64,000 nt of DNA, from IMG/VR virus record IMGVR_UViG_3300042559_001930. One strand, given 5' to 3'. The position numbers and the translations under genes are program-made. Numbering within the stretch: the first letter of the stretch is position 1; each line of letters opens with the position of its first letter. Of the stretch, positions 36,052 to 44,176 are shown one piece after another. The notes beneath the pieces were generated by a model. The model was not told the origin of the DNA and did not search any database. It saw nothing but the letters and a program-made list of their open reading frames with translations. Origin of the DNA: an uncultured virus (IMG/VR IMGVR_UViG_3300042559_001930). Lineage: Duplodnaviria > Heunggongvirae > Uroviricota > Caudoviricetes.

Positions 36052-36828
36052 TTAGAAGAATCCGCCTTGTGCGTAAATGTGAGCGCCAGGAGTATAACCA
36101 GAGATGTTCGGACCTTCCGCAAAAACACCCACATAAATCCGGTCGCCACGTTCCAGGTAAACCCCTTTGTTGCGGAGGGGTGCTGTGGGACCGAGGCCGG
36201 TAGTATTACCTGCTTGTGCCGTAGGAACGGCAAGGGCAGGCATCACGTCAGAGCAGTCGACTTGACCACTGCCTGCAGGGACTGTTTTAGTGAACAGTAC
36301 ACGGTAATCACCTGAAGCCGGAATAGGCGTAGTGGTATTACGAGTATGGTAAAAAACAAAAGTTACAGCAGGTTGGTTATATGCAACACCGTTGTAAGTG
36401 AAACCACTTGTTGTGCCACCAGAGAAAATTAAACTGGTATTAATACCGGTCAATGTAGCGACGCCGGTATAAGTGTAGTAACCATAGCCACTCATGGCTG
36501 CAGTGCCAAGAACACCCGTGTTCTGAATAAAGACTTGCTGACCACTGGTCAGTGCAATTACAGTGCCAGAAGTGCCGCTACTAATTGTGTAATCAGCGTC
36601 ACGGTACTTGTCGTTTCTGATGATTGTGACAGAATCAACAACGCCACCATTATTGTTATCTTCGCTAAAGGTCGCATCCATATCGACCAAGATCGAAGGA
36701 GATTGGCCCCCTTGAACAAAGACAGTGTTACCGGCCTGACTGCCAACTGTCTGCGTAGTTACGCGAACAGAATCAAATAAAGGACGGTCAACCAACAGGG
36801 GTTGCTTGTTTGTACTAGTAGAGGCCAA
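36052..36828 (-). CDS. Putative virion structural protein (Thr/Gly/Ser-rich)
   Basis: TTG start after AGGAG; beta-rich composition. Confidence 0.65.
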   Translation of the reverse strand: MASTSTNKQPLLVDRPLFDSVRVTTQTVGSQAGNTVFVQGGQSPSILVDMDATFSEDNNNGGVVDSVTIIRNDKYRDADYTISSGTSGTVIALTSGQQVFIQNTGVLGTAAMSGYGYYTYTGVATLTGINTSLIFSGGTTSGFTYNGVAYNQPAVTFVFYHTRNTTTPIPASGDYRVLFTKTVPAGSGQVDCSDVMPALAVPTAQAGNTTGLGPTAPLRNKGVYLERGDRIYVGVFAEGPNISGYTPGAHIYAQGGFF

Positions 36829-36866
36829 TTGTTTTCTCCTAGGCTATTACACTTATTTTAGCGGTA

Positions 36867-37562
36867 TTACTGTCGACCAGTTAATTGTGCCAAGAAAGGA
36901 CTTACTGGCGTGTAATACTCAGCATCAAATAAATCCCTGTCCATTTGACTCGCGGAAGGAGACATAAGGGACAACAATTTTTGATTGATGTTTTGATTAC
37001 CGCCTGCCAGCATTTGTCCCATGAACATACCAAGCAAAGCCTGGGGATCAATAGAACTTTTAGCTGGTGTACCAGAGGTGGATGCAGGAGTAGAAGTTTG
37101 CTGAGTTAGCGGATCTCCTAGGGTTGCTTGCGCAGCCTTGTAAAGAGCACCACCTTCTTTAAACTTCGGCAAAGAACTTGCAACAGAAGTGCCAAACGAA
37201 TCCTTGGCATTAAGATTTACGTTTGGATTTCCACCTAAGATCGTCGCGTATGCACGATCAATGCCCATTTGACCAGGCTTATAACCACGGTCAGTAAGGA
37301 ATCTTTCTACAGCTGGCAGCTGTTCTGCAATTGTGTAATTACCTAGCTTATTTTTATCTAGATATTTTGCACGTTCTGGGCCGCCAAATTGAATTAGGCC
37401 ATAATAGTTACCACCAGCCCCACCGTAAACATTAGGTCTGAACCCAGACTCTTGGTGAATAAGCGCACCAAATTCGTAGGGGTTCAAGCCAAGACGTTGC
37501 GCTGATTGAAATACAGCGGCGCGGTCTTCCGGTTTTAGGGTTCCAATGCGTCCAGTACTCAT
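36867..37562 (-). CDS. Lytic transglycosylase (SLT-like), virion-associated
   Basis: LIHQESGFRP...YYGLIQF. Confidence 0.75.
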   Translation of the reverse strand: MSTGRIGTLKPEDRAAVFQSAQRLGLNPYEFGALIHQESGFRPNVYGGAGGNYYGLIQFGGPERAKYLDKNKLGNYTIAEQLPAVERFLTDRGYKPGQMGIDRAYATILGGNPNVNLNAKDSFGTSVASSLPKFKEGGALYKAAQATLGDPLTQQTSTPASTSGTPAKSSIDPQALLGMFMGQMLAGGNQNINQKLLSLMSPSASQMDRDLFDAEYYTPVSPFLAQLTGRQ

Positions 37563-37572
37563 GGTATTTACC

Positions 37573-37689
37573 TTATTCTCCTACCCAGTTTGAACTTGCT
37601 TTGAGACCAGGGATAAATACGGTTTGCAGCGCAAGGGCCGTAGCCAGATAGGTCAAAGTACGTTTAACAAACTTAGGACAGAGAATCAT
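37573..37689 (-). CDS. 38-aa signal-peptide-like peptide (not in ORF track)
   Basis: MILCPKFVKRTLTYLATALALQTVFIPGLKASSNWVGE. Confidence 0.5.
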   Translation of the reverse strand: MILCPKFVKRTLTYLATALALQTVFIPGLKASSNWVGE

Positions 37690-37696
37690 TGGTTTA

Positions 37697-37770
37697 AAGC
37701 AACTACACTGGCACCCATAGATCAAAGATCTGTGTCCAGTTGGCTGGGCTTACATGCTGTGCAATGCCAG
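37697..37770 (-). promoter_or_regulatory. Candidate structured cis-regulatory RNA (multi-branch junction)
   Basis: CTGGCATT/GGTGCCAG closing stem, CCAG/CTGG, AGATC/GATCT, possible AAGC/GCTT pseudoknot. Confidence 0.45.
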
Positions 37771-37774
37771 ATAT

Positions 37775-38818
37775 TTATTTGGATTGTGCGCTTAACAGTT
37801 TCTTTTTAAACTCTTCAGCTTGTGCTTGGGCTTTATCTGATGCCAGACTTGAAGCGTACGCATTTGCGTCAGGAGTTAAGCTGGTACCAACAGGCGAAAG
37901 ACCTTGAGCGCCTTGGTAAGAAGCCATCGGTGCGGGAACGCTGCCAGGAGCAAGCAATGCATTCATGCCGGTCTGCAGGGGCGTACCGCCAGGGGCTGCA
38001 TCTTGGAACCGAGTAAACATCTTAGCTTGCTGTTGGTTGGCTGCGCCACCAAAGTAGCTGGACTCAGCTCCAAGACCAGTTGCGCCGGTGAATGCAGAAG
38101 GTGCAACCGTTGTGTAATCAACAGGTCCGGTCGGAGGTGCAGTTGCAAGCGGATTAGAGGGGTTAAAAAGCAAACTAGAAGGTTGGGCACCAGCAAATGC
38201 ACCCATCTCAGTAGGTTGCCCCATGGCACCTGCGTTAATAGTGCCTTGAATTGCGTCGTAACCTGACTGACCAGGCTTTACTTTACCTGCAAGACCACCG
38301 TGTTTTTGTGCCCAGATTTGCATGCCAATATCACGGGCGGCATTCATTTCTTCTTGGGTCTTGGCACCGGCACGTGCAAGTTCGTAACGCTGAAGCTCAG
38401 GATCTTGTGCGGTAAGCTGAGCAACGCGTGATGCTTCTTGCTGGTATGCACGTTCGGCGGCAGGGGAGTAGGAACCTTGCTGACCTTGGGTAGGAGCAAC
38501 TGAATAACCGGCATTACCGCCACTGCCACCACGGTTCCCTAAACGCAGCTCAGCGTCACGGTAAGACTCACCTCGCTTATCTTTGGGAGGGATTGCACCC
38601 CACTGTGGTTTTTGTGCTGTATCTCCACCAAGAGATAACGCAGTGCCGAGGGCTCCAAGGATACCGCCACCAGCAAGTTGAGCCGCAGACATGCCTCGAT
38701 TAAGTAAGGCACCGGCAGCAGGTGTAGCCTGTCGTAAGGTAAGCCCTGCAGCACTACCACCAAAACGACTTGCTAATCCTGGAATAGCAGAAATACCGCG
38801 AAGAAGTGCCGGGTTCAT
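37775..38818 (-). CDS. Gly/Ala-rich putative internal virion protein
   Basis: GGAGGT precedes the ATG at 38818; hydrophobic N-terminal segment. Confidence 0.65.
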   Translation of the reverse strand: MNPALLRGISAIPGLASRFGGSAAGLTLRQATPAAGALLNRGMSAAQLAGGGILGALGTALSLGGDTAQKPQWGAIPPKDKRGESYRDAELRLGNRGGSGGNAGYSVAPTQGQQGSYSPAAERAYQQEASRVAQLTAQDPELQRYELARAGAKTQEEMNAARDIGMQIWAQKHGGLAGKVKPGQSGYDAIQGTINAGAMGQPTEMGAFAGAQPSSLLFNPSNPLATAPPTGPVDYTTVAPSAFTGATGLGAESSYFGGAANQQQAKMFTRFQDAAPGGTPLQTGMNALLAPGSVPAPMASYQGAQGLSPVGTSLTPDANAYASSLASDKAQAQAEEFKKKLLSAQSK

Positions 38819-38820
38819 AA

Positions 38821-39282
38821 TTACCTCCAAACCTCATGTAAATAAAGACGTGAGCCAACAGCTGTGTCGGCAGGGCCAGGTAATGCCTGGATAAATTCAG
38901 CACCAGAGCGTTCGTAACGGTAACGAGCCTGGAACGGATCCTTGTAGTTAGGGACGTAAAGAATGCCAGCCAAACGATTTGTTTCGTAGAGATAAATCTC
39001 ATCCCAAACTTTTAACGCTTCCTTGGCATTACTCGACCGAATAGTACGGTCAACGTCGCCAGCAATACTTTCAAGTCGAGTAGAAGGCGAGGTGGCAACC
39101 TCAGTCTTTTTCTCGGCGGTATCACAACGGCCAATTTGAATTGTGATTTTATCGTAGAAGTACGAATCCGGGACAGTGTTCAGGGCCTCTTCCAGACGTG
39201 CGTAATCGCCCGCCGGAACAGAGACCGTGAAATAGCCCAGGTGATACCTGACCCTACTTTTGTCAAAGTCAGATAACTGCAC
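38821..39282 (-). CDS. Putative head-completion/adaptor protein
   Basis: Helical protein (LSDFDKSRVRYHLGY) downstream of the capsid genes. Confidence 0.5.
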   Translation of the reverse strand: MQLSDFDKSRVRYHLGYFTVSVPAGDYARLEEALNTVPDSYFYDKITIQIGRCDTAEKKTEVATSPSTRLESIAGDVDRTIRSSNAKEALKVWDEIYLYETNRLAGILYVPNYKDPFQARYRYERSGAEFIQALPGPADTAVGSRLYLHEVWR

Positions 39283-39331
39283 TTCTAACTTGCGTATCTT
39301 TCAATTATAAATGCAAAGAATCCCTTAAAAC

Positions 39332-40006
39332 TTAACCTTGGTAGGGATTTGAGTTGATGTATTGTTCCAACATTTCTTGAGCCAAGCTACGTCTAGGGGC
39401 CATGGCAGAAGCTGCCATTTGTTCAAACATTGATTGTTGTAAAGTCTTTTGTTTGGGTTGTACCAGGGATGCCCCATACATCATGGCTTGCACAAAAGAA
39501 TCCATATTGGATCCAGTGTTTTGTGCGTTGGACGTTGGCGTTTGATTACTTGCAAATTCGGCAGCCTTGCCAAGGCTTGCCATGTGTCCAATACCAACTT
39601 CGTATTTGTTATCTCCCGTTTTAAATGTTGCCAGATTTCCGTAACCCCCTTGGTTAGCAAGAGGTGTAAATTTGCCTGCACCTTCCATGTATACAGGCGT
39701 TCCTTCGGGAAGGGCCCAGTCTTCCCCTTGGTGGAAAGAAGATGCCCCAGCAGTAGGTGCGGTGCGAGGACCAAATTTAGATGTAACAGCTACGTTGGAA
39801 GCTGGATTTAAAACTAATTGCCCTTTCTCATTTTTGATAATTGCAGGAACCCTTTGCTCGCCAATACGTAAACCAGTTAATGCACTGCGAATAGTACTTG
39901 GGTCAATGTGTTTTCCCGTACCAAGATCTCTTACGTATATATGACCATGGGGACCAGTGGAGGTTCCGGTACTGCCAATATTTCCTAAGAATGAAATGCC
40001 TGCCAT
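39332..40006 (-). CDS. Circularly permuted M23 metallopeptidase
   Basis: GSTGTSTGPHGH at the N-terminus precedes TSKFGPR...HQGED...GTPV...GGYGN...GHM. Confidence 0.8.
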   Translation of the reverse strand: MAGISFLGNIGSTGTSTGPHGHIYVRDLGTGKHIDPSTIRSALTGLRIGEQRVPAIIKNEKGQLVLNPASNVAVTSKFGPRTAPTAGASSFHQGEDWALPEGTPVYMEGAGKFTPLANQGGYGNLATFKTGDNKYEVGIGHMASLGKAAEFASNQTPTSNAQNTGSNMDSFVQAMMYGASLVQPKQKTLQQSMFEQMAASAMAPRRSLAQEMLEQYINSNPYQG

Positions 40007-40033
40007 TATTCTTTTATTTTTAATTTTAAGACT

Positions 40034-40057
40034 AAAAAACCCCTGGTTTCCCAGGGG
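40034..40057 (-). terminator. Intrinsic terminator of the capsid operon
   Basis: CCCCTGG-GAAA-CCAGGGG-TTTTTT. Confidence 0.8.
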
Positions 40058-40072
40058 CTAATAGGAGATAAG

Positions 40073-40486
40073 TTAAACGCGGACTAGGTCGGCAGCAAGT
40101 ACGGAATCCCAGTCAACCCTTTTGATTTGCTTTAACTGCTCGAGGCTGTTAAATCTCTCACCCGATAAGGACATCTGTAGATCTTTGATCTCTCGGGCAG
40201 TCTTCAGTCCAATGCCTTTAATATGATCTGCGATCATTTGGGCGGTGGCCGAGTTGATATTCAAACGGTGGTCTGGGGGGAAGGTCCGTGGCTCTTCTTG
40301 TGCCGCCTTATCTTTGACTTGAAGAGCAGTCACTTTTTTAGTAGCCTGCTCGTCAGGGATAAGTTCGGTTTTGTAAGCAGTGTAAAGGCGACCGTCCTGA
40401 TCTTCGACCATGAACCAATCGCCATTGTCCCATTCACTTACAATCTTGACGCGAGCGCCTGTTTTTTTATGCTGATGAAGAATCAT
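40073..40486 (-). CDS. Helix-hairpin-helix (ComEA/HHH_3-like) DNA-binding protein
   Basis: LNINSATAQMI...KGIGLKTAREI...RFNSLEQLKQI. Confidence 0.75.
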   Translation of the reverse strand: MILHQHKKTGARVKIVSEWDNGDWFMVEDQDGRLYTAYKTELIPDEQATKKVTALQVKDKAAQEEPRTFPPDHRLNINSATAQMIADHIKGIGLKTAREIKDLQMSLSGERFNSLEQLKQIKRVDWDSVLAADLVRV

Positions 40487-40524
40487 AAAGACCAGATTTT
40501 CTCTCTGGTCTTATATTAACCTAA

Positions 40525-41322
40525 TCAGCTAACAGTGCGGCCAGTCAGGTAGCCATCGATGTCCTCATAACCAGGGGCATCATCAGGCTGGATGTAGCAC
40601 ACTTCCACAACCAGATAACCAGTGCGGCCAGCAGCAGCATCAGCGGTCGAGATGTAGAAACCACCGGAAGTAGAGGTGTCGTTAGCAGCACCTTTGGCAA
40701 ACACTTTCAGAGTGACGCCAGTGGTAGCAGCGTAGTAGCACACACCACCGGAGACGCCAGGAGCGCCGGTAGTAGTGATGAACGGATTGGTACCAAAGGC
40801 TTGGTTACCACCAGCGAAGTAAATCTTGGTGGCGGCGTCACCAGACACAGTGGAGGTCAGGTTGGCTTGAATCACGCCTTCGCCAACGCCAGAAGCGGCA
40901 GTGGGGCCGCTGGAGTCGCGACCGAAGGAGATGATGTTACCAGTGGCGGCATACACACCGGAAGCCACGCGACCATCACCCCAGCCAGAAGCAACGGAGA
41001 TGGCGGTGCGATACACAAAAGAAGGCTGGACGGTGGTACCAGAGATCACCATGCCAGTGATGTCGGTACGGGTGTCATCCTGGCGGTAAGGCGAAGGAAT
41101 GATCACGTTGCCGGTAGCAACAGGAGTGCCAGAGGTGGCGGTAACGGCCACGTAACCACGCTGCTGGAAATAACGGTAGCCAGGGGTAGCCAGCACCGAA
41201 GTGGGGCCGCCCTTGGAACCATCATTGACGCCATCAGCAGAAGCATCAATGTTCTTGTACCAACCGTTCAGAGGCTCTGCCCAGTTACCCGGGTAGATTT
41301 TTTTGGAAGATAAATAGGTCAT
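40525..41322 (-). CDS. Putative capsid decoration/minor capsid protein
   Basis: Immediately after the MCP; AGGAG RBS; codon bias like the MCP. Confidence 0.6.
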   Translation of the reverse strand: MTYLSSKKIYPGNWAEPLNGWYKNIDASADGVNDGSKGGPTSVLATPGYRYFQQRGYVAVTATSGTPVATGNVIIPSPYRQDDTRTDITGMVISGTTVQPSFVYRTAISVASGWGDGRVASGVYAATGNIISFGRDSSGPTAASGVGEGVIQANLTSTVSGDAATKIYFAGGNQAFGTNPFITTTGAPGVSGGVCYYAATTGVTLKVFAKGAANDTSTSGGFYISTADAAAGRTGYLVVEVCYIQPDDAPGYEDIDGYLTGRTVS

Positions 41323-41353
41323 TTATTTCTCCTAAGTAATTTATTTATTGTTA

Positions 41354-42523
41354 TCAGATGATGCCGTCGTCTTGCAGGAAGCTGAAGGCGGTGGTCACGA
41401 AATCTTTGTTCAGGATCTCGAAGCCAGCGTACAGTTGCCAAATCAGGATGATAAAACGGCTGAAGTCGTCGTTGTTGTTAATCAGCACCTGAGCATTGGG
41501 GCCGCCGATACCCACGCCAATGGCCTGAGGACCGAAGAAGTAACCCTGAGCAACTTCGTAAGAAGTGTAGTTGGAGCTACCGCCAATGTTAAGGTCAGCA
41601 GTGATGCTCTTGGTCGGGAAGTTGGTCGACTCGAAGAACTTGACGCCTTCAAACTGCACGCCGGTGGGCATGACAGGTTCACCAGCCAGGAAGTAACCTT
41701 GGCCGGCTTGGGGGCCCTGGTAGAAGCTGGCGTTGTTAGGCAGCATGGGGTTGCCCATGTACATGCCTTGGCCGGGGTTACCAGAGTAACGAGCGATCTC
41801 ACGGAAGTCGGGGTCACGACGCAGGTGCATCATGAAAGTAGGATCGCAAATGCAACGATACAGACCATCAGCGAAGGTCGGCACGTTGCGCTTACGCAGA
41901 TCCTTAACAACGGTCAGCAGGTCGGTACGCACCTGGAACTGTTGCACTTGAGCTTCGTACTGAGCCTGGGTGTAGGATACACGACCAGAGGCGTCCTTAA
42001 CTTTACCGCCGGGGAAGTAGTAACCACCTTGGGTAGAGGAAGCAACACCGTTAGCTTCGGCTTTGGCCAGTTCGTCAATAAAGACGCGGTCGCGCCAACG
42101 ACGGTAGTCATCAAGCAGCGTCAGGCTACCGATGGACTGGTGGAACATGTTAAGGTTCCCAGAGTCCAGCAGCAGGCGCTGAGCGGTGATCAACGTCTCC
42201 CGAGCAATTTTAAAAGTGCTGGGCTGGGTGGGATCGCCGGGGTCCGCAGGACCGGTGTATTCCTTAAGCACCACCAGAACTTTTTCCTTGGTGATGTTAC
42301 GGCTATTAGCGGTACCGATGGTTTGGTCGGCAATACGCTCACGGCTGTCCTTAGTACCAGGGGTACCCCAGAACTTGTAGCGGTCTAACTGGACGGTTTG
42401 ACCAGGCTGACGAGTGAAGTCGTGGACAACCACAGGCTCCACTGCCATCTCAGCGATGTACGCAGGGTGGGGACGGTAGAGTTCCGCGCCCAAAATCTTT
42501 GGAAAGTCGTTATCAATGAACAC
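41354..42523 (-). CDS. Major capsid protein (N4-gp56-like)
   Basis: 389 aa; position after portal/scaffold; DF..QPGQTV, GVKFFES, DDFSRFI...W..YAGF; strong codon bias; GGAGG RBS. Confidence 0.85.
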   Translation of the reverse strand: MFIDNDFPKILGAELYRPHPAYIAEMAVEPVVVHDFTRQPGQTVQLDRYKFWGTPGTKDSRERIADQTIGTANSRNITKEKVLVVLKEYTGPADPGDPTQPSTFKIARETLITAQRLLLDSGNLNMFHQSIGSLTLLDDYRRWRDRVFIDELAKAEANGVASSTQGGYYFPGGKVKDASGRVSYTQAQYEAQVQQFQVRTDLLTVVKDLRKRNVPTFADGLYRCICDPTFMMHLRRDPDFREIARYSGNPGQGMYMGNPMLPNNASFYQGPQAGQGYFLAGEPVMPTGVQFEGVKFFESTNFPTKSITADLNIGGSSNYTSYEVAQGYFFGPQAIGVGIGGPNAQVLINNNDDFSRFIILIWQLYAGFEILNKDFVTTAFSFLQDDGII

Positions 42524-42624
42524 TTTACTTTATCCTCCAGTGTCGCAGGAATTTATCGGGTGAAAGATTCAGACATTTATATGTCTTATCTAACACAAAT
42601 TTTAGCAGGCCGTAATTTATTCAA

Positions 42625-43167
42625 TTACATGTACTGCGCTGTAGTCGTGGATGCACGTGCACCCATCGTGTTACTTGAGCCATATTGTTCAGGATCCACG
42701 TACTGTTGTTGCTGGAAACCAGGGATACCCATTGCGCCAGGGATAGCACCAAGCGCAGTGCCACCTAGGCCAGCAGCAAGTGCAGAAGCCGGTACTAAAC
42801 CTGCAGCGGCAATCTTACCTGCCATCCTTTCTTGAGATGGCTTCAAAACAACATTTGCAGCTCTTTCGACAGGAGTGAAAGCTGCCTGCATTAGACCAGA
42901 GCGAATTCCTGATTTACTAGGAATTCGTTCAGCCGCTTGCTCCATTTTTTCAGCCAAAGGAAGCAATGCGGAATCTTGAACCTTGGAAACCAGTCCAGGG
43001 GAATATTTACCAGCTAGACGAGCTCCAAGTAAGCCAGCCGCACCGCCAAGAGCACCGGCACCTGCGGCGAGTACAGCAGAGCCTGGATCTTCACCTTGAG
43101 AAAGGGCGTACCCACCAGTTGCTAAACCAGCAGCGGCAGGCACACCGTACTTAAGAAGAGGGCGCAT
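42625..43167 (-). CDS. Gly/Ala-rich membrane-like protein
   Basis: Several GAxxG hydrophobic segments. Confidence 0.65.
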   Translation of the reverse strand: MRPLLKYGVPAAAGLATGGYALSQGEDPGSAVLAAGAGALGGAAGLLGARLAGKYSPGLVSKVQDSALLPLAEKMEQAAERIPSKSGIRSGLMQAAFTPVERAANVVLKPSQERMAGKIAAAGLVPASALAAGLGGTALGAIPGAMGIPGFQQQQYVDPEQYGSSNTMGARASTTTAQYM

Positions 43168-43171
43168 TGCC

Positions 43172-44176
43172 TCACTCCATCACAAACAGTTTGTTTGCAA
43201 CCACGTTGGGCTGGGCGTAGTTCAGAAGACGCCAAGCATTTTCAGGGCTCGTATCCATTTGTTGCTTAAAGCTGCCCCAGAAGTTTTCAGGTTGCTGAGG
43301 AGCAGCAGCAGAAGGAGGAGCGGGGAAGTTGCCGTAGTTAGCTTGAACCGGAGCGGTGGGATAACCACGGGTTGCCAGTTGAGCTTCATTTTCGTACACG
43401 GGGTACGGACCCTCAGGACCAAAGAACTTCAGCGTGTAATCGCTAAGAACGTCAGGGTTGGTCAGGATTTCGTTGTAAGCCAGATTTTCGGTATGCTCAG
43501 CAACTGCAAAGTCGGCATAACCGGCAAGCAGGTTGTGTGCGTTGACTGCATAGTCGGCATAACCAGCAATCAGATTTTGTGCGCGGTGGCCCCAGGCTAC
43601 GGCGCTATCGAGCATTCCTTCGAGTTGAAGGGCGTACTGGTTTAGCAGGGCCGGAGCTTCCACCCCGTACGCGTCGATCACTACTCGGCTTTCCTGGCTC
43701 AGACCCAGGTAGTCCGCCACGTCCGCTAAGGAAGGACTCGACGAAGTTTGGGAATAGCTGGGCGATGAGGCCGGGCTGGTTAATGAGGTCGGGGCTGCCG
43801 AGTTCCAAGTAGCCGGGCTTTGGGCTTGTCCGTAATTGGCCGGGGTATAGGTCGTCGGAGCTGACGGTTGACCCTGGAACGGGGATTGAACTGGTGCGCT
43901 CAGCAGGTTCACCACCTTGTTGAACGCCGATTCCCAAGGATTCCCCGCCGGTGCTTCCGCCGGTTGGGATTGGGGGGCGTACTGAATAGGGGCGGATTGG
44001 TAGCTGATATTCGCTTGAGGAATCGCTTGGGGGTAAGCGGTCCCCACTTGGTACGCCACCGGAGCCGCTTGGTAGCTGCTGGGCGCCGGAGCCGCTGCTG
44101 TCACGTAGCTGCTCGGGGCTACTGACGGCTGTGCGGGGCTCATCTGTGGGATCGACTGGACGGTAGCGTCCTGCAT
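43172..44176 (-). CDS. Putative scaffolding protein
   Basis: AAGGAG RBS; Pro/Gln/Ser-rich N-terminus and helical core; lies between portal and MCP. Confidence 0.65.
   Translation of the reverse strand: MQDATVQSIPQMSPAQPSVAPSSYVTAAAPAPSSYQAAPVAYQVGTAYPQAIPQANISYQSAPIQYAPQSQPAEAPAGNPWESAFNKVVNLLSAPVQSPFQGQPSAPTTYTPANYGQAQSPATWNSAAPTSLTSPASSPSYSQTSSSPSLADVADYLGLSQESRVVIDAYGVEAPALLNQYALQLEGMLDSAVAWGHRAQNLIAGYADYAVNAHNLLAGYADFAVAEHTENLAYNEILTNPDVLSDYTLKFFGPEGPYPVYENEAQLATRGYPTAPVQANYGNFPAPPSAAAPQQPENFWGSFKQQMDTSPENAWRLLNYAQPNVVANKLFVME

Noticed and set aside
40801..42388. + strand ORFs of 170 and 346 aa opposite the capsid genes
   Set aside because: Expected stop-free antisense frames of strongly codon-biased genes; no motifs or RBS
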